Assembly (NCBI RefSeq): GCF_020541245.1
Contig: NZ_CP045876.1
Coordinates: forward strand, 30,001-62,000
DNA: 32,000 bases
Source of the DNA: Candidatus Annandia pinicola
Lineage (GTDB): Bacteria > Pseudomonadota > Gammaproteobacteria > Enterobacterales > Enterobacteriaceae_A
Direction: 5' to 3'
Shown here: positions 1 through 10,836 of the stretch, piece by piece
Layout of the letters: each line of letters opens with the position of its first letter
How positions within the stretch are numbered: the stretch's first letter is position 1
Position numbers and translations under genes: made by a program
Notes under the pieces: generated by a model
What the model was told of the DNA's origin: nothing
The model's database searches: none
The model's input: only the letters and a program-made list of their open reading frames with translations

Positions 1-178
1 ACTTAGTATTAAAGCAGCTTCATTTGAAGGAAAATTAATAACTTCTGATAAAATTGATATATTAACAAATTTACCAACATATAAAGAATCTTTAATTAAT
101 CTAATTAATATTCTTAAGGAAATATCAATAGGTAAGTTTATTAAATTATTAAATATTATAGTAAAAAAAAAAAAATAA
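1..178 (+). CDS. rplJ: 50S ribosomal protein L10, C-terminal part (5' end lies outside the window)
   Basis: Not in the ORF track because it has no start in the window. Frame 2 (from nt 2) reads LSIKAASFEGKLITSDKIDILTNLPTYKESLINLINILKEISIGKFIKLLNIIVKKKK, then TAA at 176-178. This aligns with the E. coli L10 C-terminus as I recall it ([46 protein letters not shown]). It lies directly upstream of rplL, as in the rplJL-rpoBC operon. Confidence 0.9.
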   Translation, partial: LSIKAASFEGKLITSDKIDILTNLPTYKESLINLINILKEISIGKFIKLLNIIVKKKK

Positions 179-198
179 ATTAAAAAAAATAGGAAAAT

Positions 199-570
199 AT
201 GATGTCTTTTGATAAAGAAAAAATTGTTGATTTGATATCCAATATGTCTATTAAAGATATATTGGATTTAATTAAAAAAATAGAAAATAAATTTAATATT
301 TCTTCTTCAGAATATATTAATAAAACAAATAGTGCAAGTGATAAAAAAATAGAAGAAAAAACTGAATTTAATATAATACTAAATTCAGTTGGTAAAAATA
401 GAATAAGTGTAATTAAAGCTATACGTAGTATTACTAGTTTAGGATTAAAAGAATCTAAAAATCTTGTAGAATCTGCTCCAATATTAGTAAAAGAAAATAT
501 AAATAAAGAAGAATGTCAAAAAATAAAAAAAACATTAGAAGATGTTGGTGCTAAGGTTGAAATTAAATAA
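199..570 (+). CDS. rplL: 50S ribosomal protein L7/L12
   Basis: 123-aa ORF. The C-terminal domain EEKTEFNIILNSVGKNRISVIKAIRSITSLGLKESKNLVESAP...GAKVEIK is collinear with E. coli L7/L12 ([43 protein letters not shown]...GAEVEVK). AGGA lies 5 nt upstream of the ATG. The Ala-rich hinge is replaced by S/N/K residues. Confidence 0.97.
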   Translation: MMSFDKEKIVDLISNMSIKDILDLIKKIENKFNISSSEYINKTNSASDKKIEEKTEFNIILNSVGKNRISVIKAIRSITSLGLKESKNLVESAPILVKENINKEECQKIKKTLEDVGAKVEIK

Positions 571-590
571 AAAAATTAAAATATTTTATG

Positions 591-637
591 ATAATTATAC
601 TACTAATAATTTTATAATTATTAGTAGTATTAATTAT
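591..637 (+). terminator. Stem-loop in the rplL-rpoB spacer, a candidate attenuator or RNA-processing hairpin
   Basis: Read directly from the sequence. The left arm 597-611 (ATACTACTAATAATT) is the perfect reverse complement of the right arm 616-630 (AATTATTAGTAGTAT), with loop TTAT at 612-615. The stem extends by 591-596 pairing with 632-637, with a one-nt bulge (T631). It is the only long spacer palindrome in the window that contains G/C pairs. There is no clean U-tract behind it, so its terminator function is uncertain. Confidence 0.5.
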
Positions 638-675
638 AAAATAATTTATAAAAATTAATTATAGGAAAACATAAC

Positions 676-3600
676 ATGTTTGGTTTTAAAAAACATAAAC
701 AAATTATTCGTAAAAGTTTTAATAAAAATCCTCAATTATTACAAGTACCATTTTTATTAGCTATTCAAATTAATTCTTTTAAAAGATTTTTAGAAATAGA
801 TCCTAAATGTAAAAGAGGTTTAGAATCTGAATTAAAATCATTTTTTCCTATAATAGAAAAAAAAAAAAACATTGAAATTAGATATATAAAATATAAAATA
901 AGTAAACCAGAAGATTCTCCTTCAGAATGTAAAATTAAAAGTAAAACATATTTTTCACCATTATATATAACATTTCAATTAATTCAATATAAAAATTTAT
1001 CAAAATCTAAAAAAATAAAAAAGATAACTGAACAAGAAGTTTTTATTGGTGAAATTCCTTTAATGACACCAACTGGATCTTTTATTATTAATGGAACAGA
1101 AAGAGTTGTAGTTTCTCAATTACATAGAAGTACAGGAATAATTTTTGATCATGATAAAGGTAAAAGCCATCCTTCTGGAAAGATATTATACAGATCAAGA
1201 GTTTTGCCTCAATCTGGATCTTGGTTAGATTTTGAATTTGATGTTAATGATCAATTACATTTAAGGATTAATCGTAGTCGTAAAATACCTGTTTATCTTA
1301 TATTAAAAGCATTGGGATATAATTCAAATGAAATATTAAGAATTTTTTTTAAAACAATTAAATTTAAAATTTTAAATAATAAATTTTATACAAAATTTAT
1401 ACCAAGCAACTTTAAAAATGTTATTTTAAATTTTGATATTAAATTTAAAAATAAAATATATGTTAAAAAAAATTCAAGAGTTGATTATAATAGTATAAAA
1501 AGAATGAAAGAAGATAATATAAAAGAAATAGAAGTACCAATAAGTTATATTATTGGTTCAGTTGTATCTAAAAGTTATTATGATAAACATAATAAAATAA
1601 TAATAAAAGTAAATAATAGGATTTCTATAAGATCATTATCAGAAATTGTTAAAAACAATTTTTTTTATATTGAAACTATTTTTATTAAAAAAAATAATAA
1701 CTTATATTATAAAAATGTAATAAATATTAATTATTATAATAAAGATAAAGCTTTAATGGAAATATATAAAATTATAAAACCTGGGGAATATGCTTCAAAA
1801 GAATTATCTGAATGTTTTTTTAAAAAAATATTCTTAGATAAAAAAAAATATAATTTATCTTTAGTAGGAAGATATAGATTTAATAAATCTTTAGGAATTC
1901 AAATAACTCATGGACATAATAATTTAAGTAAAAATGATATTGTTAGAATAATTAAAAAAATTATAGATATTAAAAATAAAGTTCAGAAAACAGATAGTAT
2001 AGATGATTTAAGTAATAGAAAAGTTAAATCTATAGGAGAAATGTTATCAAGTCAATTTAATATAGCTTTATTTAGAATAAAAAAAATGATAAAGTTATAT
2101 CTTAAAGATAAAAAAAATAAAATAATATCTTTGGAAACATTAATTAATCCTAAAATACTTTCTAATATAATGAAAAGATTTTTTACTTTAAGTCCATTAT
2201 CACAATTTATGGATCAAAATAACCCATTATCTGAAATTACTCATAAAAGACGAATCTCTTCTTTAGGTCCTGGTGGTTTAAATAGAGAAAGAGCTAATTT
2301 TGAAATTAGAGATGTTAATTATACTCATTATGGTAAAATGTGTCCTGTAGAAACTCCAGAAGGACCAAATATAGGATTAATAACTTCTTTAGCTTTATAT
2401 GCTTATGTAAATAGAGATGGTTTTTTAGAAACTCCTTATTTTTGTGTTATAAAATGTAGGATAATTAAAGAAGTTCATTATTTATCTTCTGAAGAAGAAA
2501 GTAGATGTGTAATTGCTCAAGCTAGTACTAATTTAGATGATAATAATTATTTAATTGATGAATTTATATTATGTAGATATAAAGGAGAATCTGGTTTATT
2601 TAATCGTAAAGAAGTTAATTATATTGATGTTTCTATGCAACAAATATTATCAGTTGGTGTTTCCTTAATTCCATTTTTAGAACATAATGATGCTAATAGA
2701 GCTTTAATGGGTGCTAATATGCAAAGACAATCAGTTCCAAATTTAATTTCAGAATCACCTCTGATAGGTACTGGAATAGAAAAAATAATAACAATAGATT
2801 CAGGTTATTCAATTATTGCTATTAGAGGTGGTATTGTTAAATTTTTAGATTCTAAAAAAATTATTATTAAAGTTAATAAAAATGAAATAAATAAAAATAA
2901 TGATATAGGTATAGATATTTATCGTTTAACTAAATATACTAGATCTAATCAAAATACCTGTATAAATCAAAAACCTATTGTCTATTTAAATGAAAAAATA
3001 AATATAGGTGATATTATAGCTGATGGATCAGCTAGTGATAAGGGTGAATTATCTTTAGGTCATAATGTTATGGTTGCTTTTATGCCTTGGAAAGGTTATA
3101 ACTTTGAAGATGCAATATTAATTTCAGAAAGATTGTTAAAAGATGATTTATTTACTACATTACATATACAAGAATTATCATGTATAATTAAAGAAACTAA
3201 ATTAGGTCCTGAAGTTATAACTAAATGTGTACCAAATGTAAATGAAGCTTTTTTAAAAAAATTAAATAACACAGGTATTGTTAGAATGGGTTCTTTTGTT
3301 AATGGGGGAGATGTTTTAGTAGGTAGAGTTAAACCTAAGATGTCTACTAGATTTTCACCAGAAGAAAGATTATTAAAAGCAATATTTGGACAAAGAACAA
3401 CTGATTTTAAAGACGGGTCATTAAAAATGACATCAGAATTATCAGGAACGGTAATAGATATAAGAACTTTTAATCGTCAAGATGTAGTAAAAAATATGTA
3501 TGAAATTATTTTAGAAAAAAAAAAAATTTTTAAAGAAGAAGTAAATATTATACAAGATTTTGAAATTTTAGAATCAATGTTTTTTAAAAAAATACACAAT

Positions 3601-4692
3601 TTTATAATAAAAGAAAAAAAAATAAAACCTAAAAAAATATTACCTAAAAGAATTATTTTAGGATTAATTTTAAAAAATAAATTTAAACAAATGGAATTAG
3701 AAAAAATTAGAGAAGAATATTATGATGAAAAAAGAAGATTTTGTTATAAATTATTATCTAATAGAAAAAATATAAAAAAAATTTATACTTTACCAATTGG
3801 GGTAATTACTATGATTAAAATATTAATTGCTATTAAAAAACCAATACAAGTTGGTGATAAAATGTCTGGTCGTCATGGAAATAAAGGTGTAATATCAAGA
3901 ATTAATCCTATTGAGGATATGCCTTATGATGAAAGTGGTATGCCTGTAGATATAGTTTTAAACCCTTTAGGTGTTCCTTCTCGTATGAATATTGGTCAAA
4001 TTTTAGAAACTCATTTGGGTTTAGCATCAAAAGGAATAGGTGATAAAATAAATAAGATGGTAAAAAAAAAAGAAAAAATTTATAAAATACGTTCTTTTAT
4101 GCAAAAAGTTTATAGTTTAGGTGTTAATCCTAGAGTAGCATTTAACTTAAAAAATTTATCAGATGATGAAGTTTTAGATTTAGCAAAAAGTATGAAACGT
4201 GGTATGCCAATGGCAACACCTGTATTTGATAGTGCTAAAAAATCTGAAATAAGAAAATTATTAAAATTATGTGATCTTCCACCTTCTGGGCAAGTTACTC
4301 TTTTTGATGGATGTACAGGAGAAAAAATAGAAAAACCTGTAACAATAGGTTATTTATATATGTTAAAATTAAATCATTTAGTTGATGATAAGATGCATGC
4401 TAGATCTACTGGTTCTTATAGTTTAATAACTCAACAACCATTAGGAGGTAAATCTCAATTTGGTGGACAAAGATTTGGAGAAATGGAAGTATGGGCTTTA
4501 GAAGCTTATGGAGCAGCATATACTTTACAAGAAATGTTAACAGTTAAATCTGATGATATTGAAGGAAGAACACAAATATATAAAAATATTATAAATAATA
4601 ATTATAAAATGGAAACTAGTATTCCAGAATCATTTAATGTTCTTGTTAAAGAAATAAAATCTTTATGTATAAATATTGAATTAAAAAAATAA
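676..4692 (+). CDS. rpoB: DNA-directed RNA polymerase subunit beta
   Basis: 1338-aa ORF (E. coli about 1342 aa). The Rif-cluster region [28 protein letters not shown], then [37 protein letters not shown] and the C-terminal [29 protein letters not shown] are all present. AGGA lies 9 nt upstream of the ATG. Confidence 0.99.
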   Translation: MFGFKKHKQIIRKSFNKNPQLLQVPFLLAIQINSFKRFLEIDPKCKRGLESELKSFFPIIEKKKNIEIRYIKYKISKPEDSPSECKIKSKTYFSPLYITFQLIQYKNLSKSKKIKKITEQEVFIGEIPLMTPTGSFIINGTERVVVSQLHRSTGIIFDHDKGKSHPSGKILYRSRVLPQSGSWLDFEFDVNDQLHLRINRSRKIPVYLILKALGYNSNEILRIFFKTIKFKILNNKFYTKFIPSNFKNVILNFDIKFKNKIYVKKNSRVDYNSIKRMKEDNIKEIEVPISYIIGSVVSKSYYDKHNKIIIKVNNRISIRSLSEIVKNNFFYIETIFIKKNNNLYYKNVININYYNKDKALMEIYKIIKPGEYASKELSECFFKKIFLDKKKYNLSLVGRYRFNKSLGIQITHGHNNLSKNDIVRIIKKIIDIKNKVQKTDSIDDLSNRKVKSIGEMLSSQFNIALFRIKKMIKLYLKDKKNKIISLETLINPKILSNIMKRFFTLSPLSQFMDQNNPLSEITHKRRISSLGPGGLNRERANFEIRDVNYTHYGKMCPVETPEGPNIGLITSLALYAYVNRDGFLETPYFCVIKCRIIKEVHYLSSEEESRCVIAQASTNLDDNNYLIDEFILCRYKGESGLFNRKEVNYIDVSMQQILSVGVSLIPFLEHNDANRALMGANMQRQSVPNLISESPLIGTGIEKIITIDSGYSIIAIRGGIVKFLDSKKIIIKVNKNEINKNNDIGIDIYRLTKYTRSNQNTCINQKPIVYLNEKINIGDIIADGSASDKGELSLGHNVMVAFMPWKGYNFEDAILISERLLKDDLFTTLHIQELSCIIKETKLGPEVITKCVPNVNEAFLKKLNNTGIVRMGSFVNGGDVLVGRVKPKMSTRFSPEERLLKAIFGQRTTDFKDGSLKMTSELSGTVIDIRTFNRQDVVKNMYEIILEKKKIFKEEVNIIQDFEILESMFFKKIHNFIIKEKKIKPKKILPKRIILGLILKNKFKQMELEKIREEYYDEKRRFCYKLLSNRKNIKKIYTLPIGVITMIKILIAIKKPIQVGDKMSGRHGNKGVISRINPIEDMPYDESGMPVDIVLNPLGVPSRMNIGQILETHLGLASKGIGDKINKMVKKKEKIYKIRSFMQKVYSLGVNPRVAFNLKNLSDDEVLDLAKSMKRGMPMATPVFDSAKKSEIRKLLKLCDLPPSGQVTLFDGCTGEKIEKPVTIGYLYMLKLNHLVDDKMHARSTGSYSLITQQPLGGKSQFGGQRFGEMEVWALEAYGAAYTLQEMLTVKSDDIEGRTQIYKNIINNNYKMETSIPESFNVLVKEIKSLCINIELKK

Positions 4693-4711
4693 ATTATTTA
4701 ATATTAAAAAA

Positions 4712-4716
4712 AAGGA
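4712..4716 (+). promoter_or_regulatory. Shine-Dalgarno (AAGGA) serving the proposed ATT start of rpoC
   Basis: AAGGA at 4712-4716 lies 8 nt upstream of ATT at 4725. It is the only purine-rich G-containing motif in the rpoB-rpoC spacer. Confidence 0.55.
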
Positions 4717-4724
4717 ATATTAAA

Positions 4725-7700
4725 ATTAAAAAAATAAATAATATTTTAAAAAATAAAAATAAGTTTTTAAAATTTAACCTTATTAAAATTATGTTAGCTT
4801 CTCCAAATTTAATTAGATCATGGTCACATGGTGAAATAACTAAACCCGAAACTATTAACTATCGTACATTTAAACCAGAACATGGTGGGTTATTTTGTGC
4901 TCGTATATTTGGTCCTGTTAGAGATTATGAATGTCTTTGTGGTAAGTATAAAAAACTAAAACATATAGGTGTTTTATGTGAAAAATGTGGTGTAGAAGTT
5001 ATTGAATCTAAATATAGAAGAGAAAGAATGGGTCATATAGAATTAGCTTCTCCTGTGGCACATATATGGTTTTTAAGATCAATGCCTTCTAGAATAAGTT
5101 TATTATTAGATATGAATTTAAAAACTATAGAAAAAGTTCTTTATTTTGAATCTTACGTAGTAATTAAATCAGGTAATTCAAAATTAAAGAAATGTCAAAC
5201 TTTAACTGAAGAAGAATACTTATCTACAATAGAAAGATTTGATCGTAAATTTAAAGTTGGTATAGGTACAGAAGCTATTCAATCTCTTTTAAAGAATATA
5301 GATTTAAAACATGAGTATTTTAAATTACAAAAAAAAATAAAAATTAGTAAATCTATTATAAAAAGAAAAAAATTAAATCAAAGATCTAGGTTAATTGAAA
5401 ATTTAATCAAATCTGGAAATAAACCACAATGGATGATATTAAATGTATTACCTGTAATACCACCTGATTTAAGACCTTTAGTACCATTAGATGGATGTAA
5501 ATTTGCAACTTCTGATTTAAATGATTTATATCGTAGAGTTATTAATAGAAATAATCGACTTAAACGTTTATTATTTTTATCAGCTCCAGATATAATTATA
5601 AGAAATGAAAAAAGAATGTTACAAGAAGCTGTAGATACTTTATTAGATAATAGTAGACGTGGTAATATAATTACAGCTAATAATAAAAGACCTCTAAAAT
5701 CTCTTACTGATATGATAAAAGGTAAAAGAGGTCGTTTTAGACAAAACTTATTAGGAAAAAGAGTAGATTATTCAGGAAGATCAGTAATTACCGTAGGACC
5801 AGACTTACGTCTTAATCAATGTGGAATACCAAAAAAAATGGCATTAGAATTGTTTAGACCATTTATTTATGGAAAATTAGAATTACGTGGTTTAGCTAAT
5901 ACTGTTAAATCATCAAAAAAAATGGTTGATCATGAACATAATGCTATATGGGATATTTTAGATGAATTAATAAAAGAACATCCAATATTACTTAATAGAG
6001 CTCCAACATTGCATCGTTTAGGGATTCAAGCATTTGAACCTATTTTAGTTGAAGGAAAAGCTATTAAATTACATCCATTAGTTTGTACTTCTTATAATGC
6101 TGATTTTGATGGAGATCAAATGGCGGTACATATACCTTTAACTTTAGAATCTCAAATAGAATCAAGAGCTTTAATGATGTCAACCAACAATATTATATCT
6201 CCAGCTAATGGTGAATCTGTTATAGTACCATCTCAAGATATAGTATTAGGTTTATACTATATGACTAAATCAAAAAAATATGGAAAAGGTGAAGGTATGA
6301 TATTAAATGATCCTGAAGAAGCATTAAGATTATATCATTTTGGAATTGTAGAATTACATACAAAAGTAAAAGTTTATATTGTTGAATATAAAAATATATT
6401 TGTAAAAAAAAAAAATAAAATAAAAAAAATAAGATCTTTAAAAAATACTACAATAGGTCGTGTTATATTATGGAGAGTAATGCCAAAAAAAATATCTTTT
6501 GATTTAATTAATAAAATTATAAAAAAAAAAGAAATTACTGATATTTTTAATATATTTAATGTTATTATGGGGGTTAAAGAAACTGCAAAATTTGCTGATA
6601 AAATAATGAGAATAGGTTTTTATTATGCATTTAAATCAGGTATTTCAATTGGAATTAACGATATAATTGTTCCTAAAGAAAAATATATTATTATTGATAA
6701 ATCAAAAAAAAAAGTTAAAAAAATACAAAAACAATTTAATTATGGATTTTTTAGCCATAATGAACTTTATAATAGAATTATAGATATTTGGACAGAAACA
6801 GGTGAAACAATATCTAAATTTATGATGAAAATTATTTCAAAGGAAATGTTACCTGATGACAAAGGTAATTTAAAACTTCAATCTTCTTTTAATAATGTTT
6901 TTATGATGTCTGATTCTGGAGCTAGAGGTTCTATGGCTCAAATTCGTCAATTAGCAGGTATGCGTGGCTTAATGTCTAAACCTGATGGTTCAATTATTGA
7001 AAATCCAATATTAGCTAATTTTCATGAAGGATTAAATGTTTTGCAATATTTTATTTCTACTCATGGTGCTCGTAAAGGGTTATCTGATACAGCATTAAAA
7101 ACCGCTAATTCTGGATATTTAACTAGAAGATTAGTTGATGTTACACAAGATTTAGTTATAGTAGAATATGATTGTAAAACTAAAAATGGTATTGTAATTA
7201 GATCTTTAATAGAAGATCAATATATTAAAGAATCTTTATTTAGTAAAATATTGGGAAGAGTTTCTGCAGAAAATATTATGAAACCTAATACAAATATTAT
7301 TTTAATAAAAAATAATACATTGTTAGATGAATATTTATGTAAAATTATAGAAAATAATGAAATAGATAGTGTTAAAGTAAGATCAGTAGTTACATGTGAT
7401 ACTAACTTTGGAATTTGTGCTAAATGTTATGGAAGGGATTTATCTAGAATGAGATTAATAAATCAAGGAGATGCTGTTGGTGTTGTAGCAGCTCAATCTA
7501 TTGGAGAACCAGGTACTCAATTAACAATGCGTACATTTCATATTGGTGGTACATCTTCTAGATCAGCATTAGTATCTAATATTCAAGTTAATAATAATGG
7601 TATAATTGAATTAACTAATTCTAAAATATTAATTAATAAATTTGGTAAATCTATTATAGTGTCTAAAAATGTAAGATTAAGATTGTTAGATAAAAATAAT

Positions 7701-8870
7701 AAAGTTATAGAAAATTATATTGTTCCATATGGTTCTTATATTAAAAAAAAAAATGGAGATTACGTTCGTTCAGGAGATATTGTAGCTGATTGGGATCCAT
7801 ATACAATACCTATTATAAGTGAAGTTGATGGTTATGTTAAATTTATAGATATAATAAATAGAAAAAGTGTTAAAATAAGAAATGATGATTTTACTGGATT
7901 AGTATCTATAGAAGTTCTTGATAACTCAAAAAGAAGTATTAATAATAAATGTTTACAACCAAAATTTAGAATTTTAAATAAAAAAGGTAATGAAATTAAT
8001 ATAATAAATAATAAAAAACCTATTCAATATATATTACCTGATAAAACTATTATACATTTGAAAGATGGTATTAAAGTTAATGCTGGTGATATTTTAGCTA
8101 GAACACCTCAAGATTTAGTAGTTTCTAAAGATATAACAGGAGGTTTACCTAAAGTAGCTGACATATTTGAAGCTCGTAATCCTGCAAATAAAGCTATATT
8201 AGCTAGATTAAGAGGAATTGTAGTTTTTGGTAAAATATCTAAAACAAAAATGAAAATAATGATTAAATCAGAAAAAAATGGTGATATTTTAGTTGAAGAA
8301 AATATTTCTAAATTACGTCAATTAAATGTAATAGAAGGAGAAATAGTCGATATTGGTGATGTTATATCTGATGGGCCTTTATCAGCTAATGATATTCTTA
8401 CATTATGTGGTTTACAATATTTAAATAATTATATAGTAAATTCAGTACAAGAAGTTTATCGTTTACAAGGTGTTAAAATAAACGATAAACATATTGAAAT
8501 TATAATAAGACAAATGTTAAAAAAAGTTACTATTATAAATGCTGGAGATTCAAATTTTTTTGATGGAGAAGAAGTAGAATTTTCTACTTTAAAAATAGTT
8601 AATAAATATTTAAAATTATGTGGAAAAAAAATAGCTACTTTTAAAAGAATTGTATTAGGTATAACAAAAGCATCTTTGTCTACAGATTCTTTTATATCTG
8701 CAGCATCTTTTCAAGAAACTACTAAAATTTTAGTTGATTCAGCTTTATCAGGAAAAATAGATGAATTAAGAGGTTTAAAAGAAAATGTTATAGTTGGGCG
8801 TATTATTCCAGCTGGAACTGGATATTCTTATCATCAAAGATATTTAAAAAAACTTTTAAAAAAAGAATAA
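4725..8870 (+). CDS. rpoC: DNA-directed RNA polymerase subunit beta-prime (start proposed at ATT 4725; first ATG is at 4791)
   Basis: The ORF-track version (4791..8870, 1359 aa) begins [11 protein letters not shown]. That corresponds to residue 23 onward of E. coli beta-prime (IALASPDMIRSW). The frame is open upstream to 4680. From ATT 4725 it reads [27 protein letters not shown], which aligns position for position with E. coli [27 protein letters not shown]. Zn-finger cysteines (CLCGKY...CEKCG), the catalytic NADFDGDQM motif and trigger-loop/bridge-helix blocks are present. Confidence 0.97.
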   Translation: MKKINNILKNKNKFLKFNLIKIMLASPNLIRSWSHGEITKPETINYRTFKPEHGGLFCARIFGPVRDYECLCGKYKKLKHIGVLCEKCGVEVIESKYRRERMGHIELASPVAHIWFLRSMPSRISLLLDMNLKTIEKVLYFESYVVIKSGNSKLKKCQTLTEEEYLSTIERFDRKFKVGIGTEAIQSLLKNIDLKHEYFKLQKKIKISKSIIKRKKLNQRSRLIENLIKSGNKPQWMILNVLPVIPPDLRPLVPLDGCKFATSDLNDLYRRVINRNNRLKRLLFLSAPDIIIRNEKRMLQEAVDTLLDNSRRGNIITANNKRPLKSLTDMIKGKRGRFRQNLLGKRVDYSGRSVITVGPDLRLNQCGIPKKMALELFRPFIYGKLELRGLANTVKSSKKMVDHEHNAIWDILDELIKEHPILLNRAPTLHRLGIQAFEPILVEGKAIKLHPLVCTSYNADFDGDQMAVHIPLTLESQIESRALMMSTNNIISPANGESVIVPSQDIVLGLYYMTKSKKYGKGEGMILNDPEEALRLYHFGIVELHTKVKVYIVEYKNIFVKKKNKIKKIRSLKNTTIGRVILWRVMPKKISFDLINKIIKKKEITDIFNIFNVIMGVKETAKFADKIMRIGFYYAFKSGISIGINDIIVPKEKYIIIDKSKKKVKKIQKQFNYGFFSHNELYNRIIDIWTETGETISKFMMKIISKEMLPDDKGNLKLQSSFNNVFMMSDSGARGSMAQIRQLAGMRGLMSKPDGSIIENPILANFHEGLNVLQYFISTHGARKGLSDTALKTANSGYLTRRLVDVTQDLVIVEYDCKTKNGIVIRSLIEDQYIKESLFSKILGRVSAENIMKPNTNIILIKNNTLLDEYLCKIIENNEIDSVKVRSVVTCDTNFGICAKCYGRDLSRMRLINQGDAVGVVAAQSIGEPGTQLTMRTFHIGGTSSRSALVSNIQVNNNGIIELTNSKILINKFGKSIIVSKNVRLRLLDKNNKVIENYIVPYGSYIKKKNGDYVRSGDIVADWDPYTIPIISEVDGYVKFIDIINRKSVKIRNDDFTGLVSIEVLDNSKRSINNKCLQPKFRILNKKGNEINIINNKKPIQYILPDKTIIHLKDGIKVNAGDILARTPQDLVVSKDITGGLPKVADIFEARNPANKAILARLRGIVVFGKISKTKMKIMIKSEKNGDILVEENISKLRQLNVIEGEIVDIGDVISDGPLSANDILTLCGLQYLNNYIVNSVQEVYRLQGVKINDKHIEIIIRQMLKKVTIINAGDSNFFDGEEVEFSTLKIVNKYLKLCGKKIATFKRIVLGITKASLSTDSFISAASFQETTKILVDSALSGKIDELRGLKENVIVGRIIPAGTGYSYHQRYLKKLLKKE

Positions 8871-8875
8871 AAAAA

Positions 8876-10294
8876 TTAAAAAGAATAATCTTTTTTTTTT
8901 TTTTTTTTATTTTTATTTTTAATAAGTAACATAGATATATTATTTCTACAAGCATATCTTAATATTCTTTGATCATCTTCATCACCTATTGGTTTTATAA
9001 TACAACTAACTCCCATACTTTTTGATATAGAAAAATGACGTTCCCCTAAAGATTCACAATCAACAATTGACATTACACAGGTTTTGCTTAAAGGTTTATA
9101 ATGTATATTTTGTTTACAACGATCATGAAATGTATCCATGGTTTCAAAATGATTTAATCTTTTATTATATACGTAAAATATAAGTTCTTCATTTATTTTA
9201 AATAACATATCATAAGCAAAAATTGAATCTTCAATTTCTTGATGAGAAGGGACTTTTCTTCCTATACTCATTAATGTTGTTTTATTAAATTCAATATTAT
9301 TATCATTATTAAATATCATTTTATTATTATATATTAAAATAAATGTATATTTTTTTTTATCTATATTTATTATATTATGTACTGTAAAAGGTATAATTGC
9401 TATATTAATATACTCTTTTTTTATTCTATTTTTTATAATATTTTGATATATTTTTTTTTCAAAAAAAACTAATTGAGGACCAATATCTAAAGAAGAATAT
9501 ATATAATAAATTTTATATCTATATAAAATTTTATTTATTTCATTTATAATATAATTATAATCTTTAGATTTTATTAAAATTCCAACAAATATTGGTAATC
9601 TATTATTATTATCTAAAAAATACTCTTTTTTATAAACAAAACTCGTTCTATTTAATTTATAAATTTTCATATATTTTCTTTATTTTATTTTTTTTTAAAT
9701 TATATGTTTATATTTTTTTAAATAATCTAAAATTTTTTTTTCATATTCAACAGAATAAACAAATGCTTTTTCTGCTAATTCAAGTTTAGTTTTTAATGTT
9801 ATACAATTATTATTATTATTCATTTCTTTAATAATATTATCATGATTATTAATTACAATTGCTACTTCTTTATAATTTATAATAGAAGATTTTATCAATG
9901 ATAGATTACCAATATCTATTTTTTTCATTATTTCTCTTAATTTTATATTTTTTGATTTTATTAATTTTTCAAAAGGAATTAAATCTACACATATCATATC
10001 AATAGGAACAACTCTATTATATAACATATCACTATGATCTTTAATACGCCTTCCTGCAACTCCAGCATGTATTCTAGGATGTAAAAGATTAATGTTATTT
10101 ATAATAATATTTGGAAATTGAACATAATCTGAAATATTAGTAGAATTTATACTATTATTTGTTAATATATCGTAAATACTTTCTGTTGACAATAAACTTA
10201 TATCTTTTTTATAAAGTTTATTTAAAAATTTTAAAATTGAATATGGATTATATACGCTAATCAAAACACATCTTATAGGATTATTATTTTTCAT
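8876..10294 (-). pseudogene. purH: purH (IMP cyclohydrolase / AICAR formyltransferase) interrupted by two in-frame TAA codons, seen as two ORFs (9695..10294 N-terminal domain; 8876..9670 C-terminal domain)
   Basis: The N-terminal ORF aligns with E. coli PurH residues 1 to about 200 (PIRCVLISV / LLST / LHPRIHAG.AGRR / PIDM.CV.L.PF / IDIG / YKEVAIVIN / ELAEKAF). The C-terminal ORF keeps weaker but collinear similarity (PSHQEIEDSIF versus PSEQELRDALF; VSCIIKPIGDEDD versus VTCVIQPGGSIRDD). Both ORFs are in the same frame (10294-9670 = 624 = 208 x 3). They are separated by TAA (complement of 9695-9697), four codons, TAA (complement of 9680-9682) and three codons, then ATG. Total length is about 472 codons versus 529 in E. 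coli. Confidence 0.8.
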
Positions 10295-10388
10295 TATATT
10301 ATTCTTCTTTTTAATATAAATAATTAATTTTGTAATTAATTATTTATTTTTTTTTTATTTATATTAATTATATATTAATAAATTAATA

Positions 10389-10820
10389 TTATATAATTTT
10401 AATTATATAATTTAAAGCTAAAAAATAACCATAAATTCCAAAACCACAGATAATTCCATTAGATATATCAGAAATATAAGATTTATGTCTAAATTTTTCT
10501 CTAGAAAATATATTAGAAATATGAATTTCAATAAATGGTATTTTTACCGATAACAAAGCATCACGTAATGCTATACTTGTATGAGTAAAAGAACCAGGAT
10601 TAATAATTATATAATTTATTTTTTTATAAGATTTATGAATTTTATCAATTAATAAACCTTCTGAATTAGATTGAAAATCTTTTAATAAAATATTATTTTT
10701 ATTGGCTATATTTTTTAAATCTAAAATTATATTAGATAACTTTATATTACCATATATATTAGATTCTCTTTTACCTAATAAATTTAAATTGGGGCCATTT
10801 AATAATAAAACTTTATACAT
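10389..10820 (-). CDS. aroQ: 3-dehydroquinate dehydratase, type II
   Basis: 143-aa ORF with the type II DHQase signature blocks [47 protein letters not shown] and P.IE.H.SNI..RE.FRH.S. Confidence 0.95.
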   Translation of the reverse strand: MYKVLLLNGPNLNLLGKRESNIYGNIKLSNIILDLKNIANKNNILLKDFQSNSEGLLIDKIHKSYKKINYIIINPGSFTHTSIALRDALLSVKIPFIEIHISNIFSREKFRHKSYISDISNGIICGFGIYGYFLALNYIIKII

Positions 10821-10827
10821 TATTTTA

Positions 10828-10836
10828 CCCCCACCT
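10828..10836 (-). promoter_or_regulatory. G-rich Shine-Dalgarno for aroQ
   Basis: The minus strand reads AGGTGGGGG-TAAAATA-ATG. The G block ends 7 nt before the aroQ ATG, and AGGTG matches the GGAGGUG core complementary to the 16S rRNA 3' end. It is the densest G/C patch in any spacer of this window. Confidence 0.6.

Noticed and set aside
10186-10215. A near-consensus promoter on the plus strand inside purH (TTGACA, 18 nt, TATAAA)
   Set aside because: It points antisense through purH toward the antisense strand of aroQ, with no gene to drive. One chance TTGACA in 32 kb next to ubiquitous TATAAA-like sequence is expected. It might create antisense RNA, but there is no support for a function.
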